From an uncultured Phycisphaerales bacterium (GTDB lineage Bacteria; Planctomycetota; Phycisphaerae; Tepidisphaerales; Tepidisphaeraceae), in NCBI GenBank assembly GCA_963758525.1, contig CAVWVQ010000003.1, forward strand, positions 4,160,001 through 4,224,000: 64,000 nucleotides of DNA, read 5' to 3'. Positions 9,463-18,442 of this stretch are shown here, piece by piece. The notes beneath the pieces were generated by a model. It ran no database searches. It saw only the letters and a list, made by a program, of their open reading frames with translations, and had not been told where the DNA came from. The position numbers and the translations under genes are program-made. The stretch's first letter is position 1. Every line of letters begins with the position of its first letter.

Positions 9463-10617
9463 ATGTCCCTCGTCTATCTGGATAACAACGCGACGACCCG
9501 GCCTGCGGCCGAAGTGGTGGAGGCGATGCTGCCGTTTCTGACGGAGTGGTATGGGAACCCTTCCAGCGTGCACCGCTTCGGGCAGCGGGCGCGCCAGGCG
9601 ATCGAGGAGGCGCGGTCGCGGGTGGCGGCATTGATCGGGGCCGCGGAAGCGGAACTCTCGTTCACCGGCGGGGGAACCGAGGCAGTGAACACGGCCATTC
9701 GCGGAATTCTTGCGGGACGCGCTCCGCGAAGGCGAATTGTGATCAGCAGCATCGAACACTCGGCCACGCGCGAGTTGTGCGCGGCGCTCACCCGCGACGG
9801 GTGCGAAATTGTCGAGATCGCGGTCAGCCCGGATGGATCGCTCGATCTGGATCAGTTGCGGAGCCAGCTCAACGACGAGACGGCGCTCGTGAGCCTGATG
9901 TGGGCGAACAACGAGACGGGCGTGCTGTTTCCGGTGGCGCAGATCGGTGAGTGGTGTCGCGCCGCGCGGGTGCCGTTTCATTGTGACGGCACGCAGGCGG
10001 TGGGGAAGATTCCCGTCGACGTGAAGGGGGCGAAGCTTGATGCCATGAGCCTGGCGTCGCACAAATTTCACGGCCCCAAGGGGATCGGTGCGCTGTTCGT
10101 GCGGCGGGGGCTGCGCGTCGGTCCGTTGATCATCGGCGGCCCGCAGGAGCGCGGAAAGCGCGGGGGAACGGAAAATGTTCCGGCGATCGTCGGAATGGGC
10201 AAGGCCGCCGAACTGGCGGGTGAGGCGCTGCCGGGCATGGCACGGGTGGCGGTTCTGCGCGACCGTTTGGAACGGGAGATCCTGGCGCGCATCGATCAGA
10301 CCGCGGTCAACGGACGGACCGATCAGCGGCTTCCCAACACGACCAACATCGGCTTTGCCCGCCTCGAGGCCGAGGCGATTCTTCTGCTGCTCAGCGAGAT
10401 GTCGATTTGCGCGTCGGCCGGCGCCGCGTGCAGCAGCGGAAGCCTGGAGCCGTCCCACGTTCTGCGAGGCATGCGGGTTCCCGAGCATTTCGCCCACGGC
10501 GCCATTCGGTTCAGTCTGTCCCGGTACACCACCGAGGCTGAGATCGACAGGACGCTGGAGGTGCTGCCTCGCATCATTACGAAGTTGCGCAGTGATGCCG
10601 GTGGGGTGAGGAACTGA
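9463..10617 (+). CDS. iscS: Cysteine desulfurase (IscS/NifS family)
   Basis: YLDNNATT, YGNPSS, NNETG, SHKFHGPKG (PLP Lys), SAGAACSSGS (catalytic Cys). Confidence 0.93.
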   Translation: MSLVYLDNNATTRPAAEVVEAMLPFLTEWYGNPSSVHRFGQRARQAIEEARSRVAALIGAAEAELSFTGGGTEAVNTAIRGILAGRAPRRRIVISSIEHSATRELCAALTRDGCEIVEIAVSPDGSLDLDQLRSQLNDETALVSLMWANNETGVLFPVAQIGEWCRAARVPFHCDGTQAVGKIPVDVKGAKLDAMSLASHKFHGPKGIGALFVRRGLRVGPLIIGGPQERGKRGGTENVPAIVGMGKAAELAGEALPGMARVAVLRDRLEREILARIDQTAVNGRTDQRLPNTTNIGFARLEAEAILLLLSEMSICASAGAACSSGSLEPSHVLRGMRVPEHFAHGAIRFSLSRYTTEAEIDRTLEVLPRIITKLRSDAGGVRN

Positions 10618-10683
10618 ACCCCCCCCGCCCCTCACGGCCGCTGGACATCTTCGCCATGTCCGCGCACCATCCCGCGAGCTTTT

Positions 10684-11726
10684 ATGTGGAACGACGCTCT
10701 CGAGCCGCACATCCTTTCGACGATGACGACGGCGTTTTTGCTGATCCTCTCGGCCAGCGCGCTTTATGCCGCCTGTCTGGTCGCGCTGCGAGCGGCGCTC
10801 GATCCGTCGGTGGCGAATCCAGGCCGGCGCGCATTGTGCCAGTGGATTCCGGTGGTCGCGACGGCGATCGCGGCAATCCTGATGCGGCATCCGGAAATCG
10901 CGGTCGCCGTCATCTTCGGCACCAGCGTCGCGTATCTTTCGCTGGTTTTGGGCATGGCGAATTACGTCGCCCCCATGAACCCCGATGAGCCGCGGCCACG
11001 GATCTGGGCGTTTGTGCTGGCCCCGGCGCTGCTGGCGCTGGTCGCCGGGTTCAGCGGGGTCTTGACCGGGATCGATGCGGCGATGCTGCTCATTCTTGGA
11101 ATGACAATCTTTGCACTCTGGCACGAAGATTTTGAAAGCGGCGCAATCGCCGCCCCGCGCAGGAGCGAAGCAGAACCTTTCGTGAGATGGGCTGGACGCG
11201 GTGGGTGCAACTGATCGGCGCGGTCGGTCTGGCGTGCGTCGCGGGGAAAGCCGCCGTGACGGCCGCGGTGTCGGCTGCTCAGCAGGCGCGACTGCCGAGT
11301 GAATCGCTGGTTGCATTGAGCGTACTGAGTCCGATGCTCACGCTCCCCTCGCTGCGCACGTGCGTGACTGTCGCCGAGCGTGGCGACGCGCACGGCGCGA
11401 TCTCGGCCGTCGTGGGCACAGTGCTGCTGAACATCTGCGTTTTGCTTCCGGTGAGTGTGCTGCTGTGGTGTTACCTTTCGGGAATCTCATTAAATCCGCT
11501 GCCCCTGTTGCAATCCGCCTCCGCGGATCTGCCCGCACCGGCGCAGGGTCTGATCTATTCCGGCGGGATTTGGCGGCTTGAAACCGTCGCGCTGGTCATT
11601 CTCGGATTCGCCCTGGTTCCCGTCGCCCTGGGCAGAATCACCTTGGCGCGAATGGAATCGGCGGTGCTTGTCATCGGGTACGCGCTGTACCTCGCCGCGG
11701 TCGCGTGGTCTGAAAGACGCGGATAA
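10684..11726 (+). CDS. Membrane protein, Na+/Ca2+ exchanger (YrbG)-like; frameshift ~11190
   Basis: Two repeated hydrophobic halves (IAVAVIFGTSVAYL; AISAVVGTVLLNI; TLPSL) split across two ORFs. Confidence 0.55.
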
Positions 11727-11789
11727 GCGCCCGCACACGAATCACTCGCTCAAACTAATTTCGATGTCGGCGGAGGGGGCGATTCCCTT

Positions 11790-11842
11790 GTAGCACAGCC
11801 GTCTCGGCTGTGATTGAGCCACAGCCGAGACGGCTGTTCTAC
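11790..11842. repeat. REP doublet, family B (GTAGCACAGCCGTCTCGGCTGTG...CACAGCCGAGACGGCTGTTCTAC)
   Basis: Two inverted palindromic units with GTAG foot between convergent genes. Confidence 0.8.
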
Positions 11843-11926
11843 GCAATTGCGTCACTTTCAGCTTCGAAAACGAATGAGTTATTCGTGCGCGAGCACGAAG
11901 CCGATTTCGCGGCTGGGCCTGCACGT

Positions 11927-12757
11927 TCAGACTTTCGGATGTGGAGTGAACAGCACGTCCTTGCCGTTTTCCTTCCGCAGCTCGAAATCGGCAAAAAAGT
12001 TGGGAGCTTCGTGACGCATGATCTCCCACACCGCGATCGCGACGGCGCGAATTTCGTCTTCGGCGTGAAAATTGCCGCGGAGATAGAGGAAATGGCGGAT
12101 CGCGCGGGCGTTGGCGGTGACGAACACCTTGGTTTCCGTCGCGTTGGGCAGAATCGAGCGGGCCGCCTGACGGGCCATCTTGCGGCGGTCGGTTTTCGGC
12201 AGATCGGGCGATTCCTGTTCGATTCGGGCCGAGAGCTTGTTCGTGAGCTCGATGTAGGCGCGCTGACACTCGGCGACGGTTTTCACAAACAGCGCATGCA
12301 GCTCCGGATCGGCAGCGATGACCGGCGGCTCGACAAACTCGCACTGCGATTCGTCGACATATCGCTGGCTCAATTGCGAATAGCTGAACCCGGCGCGATG
12401 GCGGATCAGCTCGTGCGTGAAGGAGCGTGAGACGCCGGTGATGACGAAGTTGTACGACGCGTGCTCGAGCACGCTGCCGTGCCCGACCTCGACGATGTTT
12501 CGCAAATAGGAGCTGTTTCCGCCCGGTCGCGGCTTTGCAAACGACATGTAGCAGATCCGCCCCGCAATTTCCGTGAGCTTTTGGCCGGCCTCCTCGGTGT
12601 CGGTCGACCAGTCCTGCACGTCGTGATCGGCGAGAAAGCGTTCGATTTCCGCCGGTTCGGTCGCCTGCTTTCCGACGAGATAGACCTCGGGCTTACGTCG
12701 AATCTTGACGCCGCTTTCCATGACAACCGGTTCGACCAGTGATTCAGCCTGCGACAT
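11927..12757 (-). CDS. thyX: FAD-dependent thymidylate synthase
   Basis: AGRICYMS, GHGSVLEH, signature RHRAGFSYSQLSQRY, ARSILP. Confidence 0.95.
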   Translation of the reverse strand: MSQAESLVEPVVMESGVKIRRKPEVYLVGKQATEPAEIERFLADHDVQDWSTDTEEAGQKLTEIAGRICYMSFAKPRPGGNSSYLRNIVEVGHGSVLEHASYNFVITGVSRSFTHELIRHRAGFSYSQLSQRYVDESQCEFVEPPVIAADPELHALFVKTVAECQRAYIELTNKLSARIEQESPDLPKTDRRKMARQAARSILPNATETKVFVTANARAIRHFLYLRGNFHAEDEIRAVAIAVWEIMRHEAPNFFADFELRKENGKDVLFTPHPKV

Positions 12758-12974
12758 GGCACTCCCTTGGCAAGTCCGAAAAGTTGACCCGAGGCGAAGT
12801 CTAGTCAACGGGGGCGAGGTTTCAAATATGCTGCGATCGCAGAGGCCGGCGCAAAGGAGCAAACCGCGTTTGCACGGCGGCAATTGCAGGCTGGAAGCCT
12901 GCACCACAAGAGGTTCCCGGAAGCTCACAAGCGGTTACTATCTCCGCGACCAAAACAGAAAGGCGGAACCGCGC

Positions 12975-13781
12975 ATGCTGAAAGCAGGAGATGGGCAGGA
13001 AAGTTGGAGGGTATTTCGGATCATGACCGAATTTGTCGAGGGTTTTGAAGAACTCTCGACGCTGGGGAGGGCGGTGACGATCTTCGGCTCGGCGCGCACG
13101 AAGCCGGAGGACCGTTTTTATCGCGAAGCCGAGGAGACGGCGCGGCTGCTGGCGAAAGCGGGATTCGGCATCATCACCGGCGGCGGGCCGGGAATCATGG
13201 AAGCGGCCAACAAGGGAGCGTTTGATACCGGCTCGCCCTCGATCGGGCTGAACATCTCATTGCCTCACGAACAGGAGAGCAATCGCTATCAGACCATCAG
13301 CCTGGATTTCCATTACTTCTATGCCCGCAAGGTGATGTTCGTGAAGTACGCCTCGGCGTTCATCTGCTTCCCCGGCGGCTACGGAACGCTCGACGAATTC
13401 TTCGAAACACTGACGCTTGTGCAGACAATGAAGATCGAAGCATTTCCGATCCTCCTGTATGGTTCTGAGCACTGGAGCGGGCTGGTCGATTGGATGCGCA
13501 AGCAGTTGATTCCGCATTTCATCGATGGAGAAGACATCGACATCTTTCGCCTGGTTGACAGCCCCGCCGACGCGGTGCGCGAAGTGCGCCGCGGCGTGCG
13601 CAAGCACTGGTGGCGTCCTTTGGATGACGAATTGAAGGAGGCGTCCGGCCCATCCCGCCGCGGCAAAGTTCCTCTCAGCGGGGCCAAAACCTCCGATACG
13701 GGCGAGGGCACGCGCTACGGCAAACGACCGAAAGCCGCAGTCGGGAAACACGCGAAGGCGGGGAAGAAGCCGACGCAGTGA
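12975..13781 (+). CDS. LOG family protein (TIGR00730-like Rossmann fold)
   Basis: TIFGSAR, TGGGPGIMEAANKGA, RKVMF, PGGYGTLDE. Confidence 0.92.
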   Translation: MLKAGDGQESWRVFRIMTEFVEGFEELSTLGRAVTIFGSARTKPEDRFYREAEETARLLAKAGFGIITGGGPGIMEAANKGAFDTGSPSIGLNISLPHEQESNRYQTISLDFHYFYARKVMFVKYASAFICFPGGYGTLDEFFETLTLVQTMKIEAFPILLYGSEHWSGLVDWMRKQLIPHFIDGEDIDIFRLVDSPADAVREVRRGVRKHWWRPLDDELKEASGPSRRGKVPLSGAKTSDTGEGTRYGKRPKAAVGKHAKAGKKPTQ

Positions 13782-13794
13782 GGGGGAGGAGCAA

Positions 13795-13847
13795 GAGGTC
13801 GGAAGTCAGGAGTCAGGAGTCAGGAGTCAAGAAAGTCAGGAGTCTGG
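13795..13847. repeat. Heptamer tandem repeat (AGTCAGG)n
   Basis: agtcaggagtcaggagtcaggagtcaagaaagtcaggagtc; similar at 31032-31083 and 60966-60982. Confidence 0.75.
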
Positions 13848-13854
13848 TCTCAAC

Positions 13855-14787
13855 TCAGCGGGCGGGCCTTGTCGTTGGGGCCGCGTCATCGGTGGGCATT
13901 CCCTGCAGCAATGCATCTACCTCGGTGTTCACCGGCTTCATTACGTAGATTTGTCCGAGTTTGGGATCGTCTTTCACCCTGATCACTTCGAAGCTCTGGT
14001 TCAATCTCATGATGTGTCCGACTTTGGCGGGGTACGAGCCGAGCAAAGTCAGGCTGACTCGCTCGGCCTCGATTGCCGATGTTTGAATGCCCTCGGCAAC
14101 TTTGGCGTTCGTCTCGGAGCCGGGTACCTCGGCGTCGAATTGCCCGGTGACGCCTTCGTCGCTGACAGAGGTGACCATCAGGTCGGGAACGAGCCCTTTA
14201 CTTCCGATGCGAAGAGGTGCGGCAAGACGGAAGGTGCCTCGGATTGCGCTGAGTAACTGCCCCCTCCACTGCGTTGCCTTCTGAAGCGCGGCTTTGTGCG
14301 CGACGAGCTGCTGCTTGTCCGCCGTCAGTTCTTTCTGGTCGTCGGCGAGCACCGGATCCTGCATGACCGCGTCCCGCTCCATTTTCGCAAGGGCGAGCCG
14401 GGCCTTGTTGAACCGCGAACTGGCGTCGAGTTTGTCGAGGCCCTGCGACGTTTTGCGGTCGGCGTCGGCCTGTTTCATCTCCGCGGCCAGTTCGATGTAT
14501 TTCGCGGTGGCCCTGACCGCCGCCACCGCGCGTGTCTGCCCCGGGCCCATGTCTTTTTCCAACTGTTCGATATCGTGATTTGTCTCGGCGATCGAGTCGT
14601 TGAGCCGATCCACGTCCTTATTCAGCAACGCGCGCACCTCGCTGGTGGTTCCCTTCAAGTAATCCGTCAGCGCCCAGACGGTTTCGCCCTTGTCGTTCTT
14701 CGTGTAGAAGTCGGAAGCGTCATCTGCCAGCGCATGCGCAGCGAAGCAGAACGCCAAGCTCAATGCGAGGAAATGGAGTTTTCTCAC
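13855..14787 (-). CDS. Secreted hypothetical protein with coiled coil
   Basis: Signal peptide VRKLHFLALSLAFCFAAHALA, helical middle, PTTRP tail. Confidence 0.6.
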   Translation of the reverse strand: MRKLHFLALSLAFCFAAHALADDASDFYTKNDKGETVWALTDYLKGTTSEVRALLNKDVDRLNDSIAETNHDIEQLEKDMGPGQTRAVAAVRATAKYIELAAEMKQADADRKTSQGLDKLDASSRFNKARLALAKMERDAVMQDPVLADDQKELTADKQQLVAHKAALQKATQWRGQLLSAIRGTFRLAAPLRIGSKGLVPDLMVTSVSDEGVTGQFDAEVPGSETNAKVAEGIQTSAIEAERVSLTLLGSYPAKVGHIMRLNQSFEVIRVKDDPKLGQIYVMKPVNTEVDALLQGMPTDDAAPTTRPAR

Positions 14788-14806
14788 GACATTTGTCCTT
14801 CCCGCG

Positions 14807-16504
14807 CTAGCGGGCGCCGTGCGTCTGTGATGGATCGGACGTGGTGACAGGCAGCACGACCGTGAACGTCGTCCCTTCCTTGGGCACACTCTTGACGGAA
14901 ATCGTTCCCTCGTGCTCCTCGACAATCTTCTTGGCTACTGCCAACCCCAGTCCCGTGCCGCGGTTCCCTTTGGTGGAATGGAACAGCTCGAACATGTGAT
15001 TCATCATGGCGGGGGGGATGCCAATTCCATTGTCAATCACCTCGAAAATAGTCTGACGATTGTCCTCCTCATATCTGCACTCCACGCGAATGAGCCCCTC
15101 CTGCGGCTCAACCGCATCCAGCGCATTGCTGAGCAGATTCATCAGCACCTGATGAATCCCCGATGGATCGAGCGGAACGGCAGGCATGTCTTCTTCGACG
15201 TCGGCCACCACCATTGCCCCTTTTGCATTGGCCGATTGCGCGAGCAACTCCATGCAGTCGTTCACCAGCGTCTTGAGATTCACCAGTTCCAGTTGCGGCT
15301 CGCGAGGTTTGCTGTAGGCGAGAAGGTTCATCGTCAGCGTGTAGATCTTATTGAGATTTCGTTCGACGATCCGCCATCCCTTCGCGGTCTGCGCGAGGTT
15401 TGCGGAACGCAAACCCATTTCGACAACGTCGCCCCCGCCACGCAGGGCCTGGAGGATGTTCTTGATCGAGTGCGAAAGAGCGGCGGTGGTCTCGCCGACG
15501 GCAGCGAGGCGTTCGGCTTCCATTCCGGCTTGAAACAGCTTGGAGTTCTGGATGGCCATGCCTGCCTGCAGCCCGATTGCGGTCAGGAGGCGGAGCTGAT
15601 CGGGGGCATACGTGTAGTTCTTGACCGAGCTGTCGACGTAGATCACGCCGATGATTTCGTCCGCCGCCTGCGCCGCCAGTTTCTTGGCCTTGATCGGAAC
15701 GCACAGCGCGGAGCGGATGCCCAAATTGTGGACGCTCTTTCCCTTGGTGAAGCGCTGGTCCGCCATGGCGTTGCTCGACAGGACGCCTTCGGCCGTGGTG
15801 ATGACATGATTGATAATGGTGCGGGAGGCGTGAATCTTTTCGGGCGCGGGCTTGGCGGCGGACTCGCCCTCGGCGGGGGCGGCCTTGGGCTCGGCGTCGT
15901 CGCGGGAGCGGACGACCTTGGGGATCAGTTCACCATTCTTCGGATCGATCAAAATGATGATTCCGCGATCGGCTTTCATGTGCTCGAACACCAGGTCCAT
16001 GACGACCTCAAGCACCTGATCGACGTTGAAGCTGCTCCCCAGCGCCGCGCTGAGCTGATAGAGGGCCTTGAGATTCGCGGCAGCGGCGGCGGCTGGTTCG
16101 GGGACGGCAAGCACCACCGAGTCTTCGCTGCTGGGCATGGTGTGCATGATTGCACTGTCCATGCCGCTTTCCTCGCCCGCGAGGGAGACGTTTCCCTTGT
16201 TGCTGCGCGAGATGCCGGGAGCCGCGCCAAAGACCATCAGTGTGCGGCCGACGCGCACCTGGTCGCCGATTTTCAGGTATTGCCGTTCGCGAACCCGCTG
16301 GCCGTTGACGTAGGTTCCGTTGCTGCTGCCCGCGTCGCGCACGAGCCATTCGCCGTTGTCGGGAACCAGCTCGGCATGTCTCCGGCTGACGGTGTTATCG
16401 GTGAGGGGGAGTTGCCGGCTGTCGCGGCCGACGAGCGTCGCGCTGTCCGGCAGCTCAAAGCGACGTCCCTTGTCAGGACCCTGAATGACCAGCAGCGTAA
16501 GCAC
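14807..16504 (-). CDS. FHA-GAF sensor histidine kinase
   Basis: FHA (VGR, SRRHA, SSNGTYVNG), GAF (IRSALCVP, GVIYVD), H-box SHSIKN, N-box NLLSNALDA, G-boxes DNGIG and GTGLGL. Confidence 0.92.
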   Translation of the reverse strand: MLTLLVIQGPDKGRRFELPDSATLVGRDSRQLPLTDNTVSRRHAELVPDNGEWLVRDAGSSNGTYVNGQRVRERQYLKIGDQVRVGRTLMVFGAAPGISRSNKGNVSLAGEESGMDSAIMHTMPSSEDSVVLAVPEPAAAAAANLKALYQLSAALGSSFNVDQVLEVVMDLVFEHMKADRGIIILIDPKNGELIPKVVRSRDDAEPKAAPAEGESAAKPAPEKIHASRTIINHVITTAEGVLSSNAMADQRFTKGKSVHNLGIRSALCVPIKAKKLAAQAADEIIGVIYVDSSVKNYTYAPDQLRLLTAIGLQAGMAIQNSKLFQAGMEAERLAAVGETTAALSHSIKNILQALRGGGDVVEMGLRSANLAQTAKGWRIVERNLNKIYTLTMNLLAYSKPREPQLELVNLKTLVNDCMELLAQSANAKGAMVVADVEEDMPAVPLDPSGIHQVLMNLLSNALDAVEPQEGLIRVECRYEEDNRQTIFEVIDNGIGIPPAMMNHMFELFHSTKGNRGTGLGLAVAKKIVEEHEGTISVKSVPKEGTTFTVVLPVTTSDPSQTHGAR

Positions 16505-16579
16505 GAGAAGCTAGTGTAGCAACGTGCGAAGCCGCTGGCACTATCAGGCCTTGGCGCAGCGATCACGCGCGCATGCATC

Positions 16580-16613
16580 TTCCCCCTCCCCTGGTACCAG
16601 GGGAGGGGGGAAA
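16580..16613. repeat. REP-like palindrome family C
   Basis: tccccctcccctggtaccaggggagggggg. Confidence 0.7.
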
Positions 16614-16662
16614 GTGGATGTCGCTGTGAATTAAATTGTGCAGGAAATTCGCGCACGCCCCA

Positions 16663-18264
16663 TCACACCGCTGCCGCCGCGACGGCAACATCTTCCTTCG
16701 CTTTGGCGGCCAGGAAAGTGCGCCAGAGCCAGAAGACGAGCCCGACGAGCACCGCAAGCCCTGCGAGGAACAGGACTTTCCCCATCGGGGTGGTAAAGAT
16801 GAGGAACAGGCCCGCGGAAAATGTTCCCGCGCCCAGAATCAGGCAGACGGGCAATGTGAGCACCCAAGCCAACAGCAAATTGCGCAACGTGTTCATCTGA
16901 AGGCCCGAATGATTGGCGGCCATCGTCCCGGCGACGCCCGACGAAAGCACGTGCGTCGTGCTGACCGGCAGTCCGAACATGTCGGCGGCGCCGATGGTCA
17001 TCATCGCGACCAACTCCGCGGATGCCCCCTGGGCGTAGGTCAGATGCTCCTTGCCAATCTTTTCGCCGACGGTGACGACGATCCGCTTCCAGCCGATCAT
17101 CGTTCCCAGGCCCAGCGACATTGCAACCGCCACCTTGACCCACATTGGGATGTATTGCGTGGCTCCGGTCAGCTCGGTCTTGTAGTCGGTCAGCGCTTTC
17201 TCATCGCCCGCTTCCTTGAGCAGTTTCTGTGTCTTGAGCTTGCCGATGGTTCCGCCGAGCAGATAAATCCGGGTGCGGACGGCTTTGACCTGATCCTCGG
17301 GAAAATCGCGGAAGCTGTTTTTGCCGGCCAGGTCCGTTACGAGCTGATGGTTGATCACGGCCATCGCGGAATAGGTGCGATCGCTCACCTTGCCGGTCGT
17401 TTTCAGATAGTCAGACAAGACGTTGGGGGCTTCGTCGGGGGTGACCTGGGCGGCGACGTGAGTGTCGAGCGAGGCCGCCACGCTGCTTGCCGACGCCTCG
17501 AGCTTCTGGAGCGCGGCGGAATTCGCCCCCATGTTCAAGGCGTAAGCGCCAGGGAGAATGCCGATGAGGATCAACAGGATAAGCCCCATTCCCTTCTGGC
17601 CGTCGTTGGACCCGTGGGCGAAGCTCACGCCGGTGCACGTGAGCACCAGCAGCGCGCGAATGGGCATCGGCGGGGGAACATCCTTGGCCGGAGCGGTATA
17701 GAGCGCCGGCTTGCGGATCAGCGACTTCATCACAAGCAGCAGCACCGCCGAGCAGACAAATCCCACCACCGGTGAGACGAGCAGAGAGGTGAAGACTTCG
17801 GTGACTTTGTGCCAGTTGACGCCTTCCCCGAAGACGTGCCCCTTGGCCAGCAGCGAGTTGGCAAGGCCGACGCCCATGATCGATCCGATCAGCGTGTGCG
17901 AGCTGGAAGCGGGCAGGCCGAGGTACCACGTGCCCAGATTCCAGATAATCGCGGAAATCAGAAGCGCGAAGACCATGGCAAATCCGGTGGCCGAACCGAT
18001 GTTGACCACCAGTTCCACGGGCAGCAGCGCCAAAATGCTGAACGCGACCGCCCCCGTGGAGGTCAGCACCCCAATCAGGTTCCAGCAACCTGACCAGATG
18101 ACCGCGATCCACGGCGGCAGCGTGTGCGTGTAAATGACGGTTGCCACCGCGTTGGCGGTGTCGTGAAACCCGTTCACAAATTCAAAGCCCAGCGCCAGCC
18201 CGAGCGCGAGGACGAGAAAAATGCCCGTTCCCATGGATAGGGAGTCCGCCAGAATCAGGTGCAT
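16663..18264 (-). CDS. pitA: Inorganic phosphate transporter (PiT family)
   Basis: NGFHDTANAVA, PASSSH, FAHGSNDGQK, PVSTTH. Confidence 0.93.
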   Translation of the reverse strand: MHLILADSLSMGTGIFLVLALGLALGFEFVNGFHDTANAVATVIYTHTLPPWIAVIWSGCWNLIGVLTSTGAVAFSILALLPVELVVNIGSATGFAMVFALLISAIIWNLGTWYLGLPASSSHTLIGSIMGVGLANSLLAKGHVFGEGVNWHKVTEVFTSLLVSPVVGFVCSAVLLLVMKSLIRKPALYTAPAKDVPPPMPIRALLVLTCTGVSFAHGSNDGQKGMGLILLILIGILPGAYALNMGANSAALQKLEASASSVAASLDTHVAAQVTPDEAPNVLSDYLKTTGKVSDRTYSAMAVINHQLVTDLAGKNSFRDFPEDQVKAVRTRIYLLGGTIGKLKTQKLLKEAGDEKALTDYKTELTGATQYIPMWVKVAVAMSLGLGTMIGWKRIVVTVGEKIGKEHLTYAQGASAELVAMMTIGAADMFGLPVSTTHVLSSGVAGTMAANHSGLQMNTLRNLLLAWVLTLPVCLILGAGTFSAGLFLIFTTPMGKVLFLAGLAVLVGLVFWLWRTFLAAKAKEDVAVAAAAV

Positions 18265-18365
18265 GGATTTGCCTCGCCAAAAACCGAAGGCGTCAGCGTG
18301 CCCGCGCTGAACTCCTCCGCCACAGGTTCTTTTCAGCGGGAAACTCTAACGAGCCGTTCGGGGCG

Positions 18366-18398
18366 ATGTGTTACGAAGATATGAAGATTTCGTGAAGG
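18366..18398 (-). promoter_or_regulatory. Putative Pho-box array upstream of pitA
   Basis: Minus strand CCTTCACGAAA/TCTTCATATCT/TCGTAACACAT with 11-bp periodicity. Confidence 0.55.
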
Positions 18399-18442
18399 CG
18401 ACCAAGTGCGGTGCACAGCACCAAATTGCAAACGATGGAACG

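Noticed and set aside
9196..11316. 706-aa minus-strand ORF and other long antisense ORFs (e.g. 14912-16519, 28857-30107, 57917-59233)
   Set aside because: Shadow ORFs opposite well-supported genes in GC-rich DNA, with no recognisable motifs
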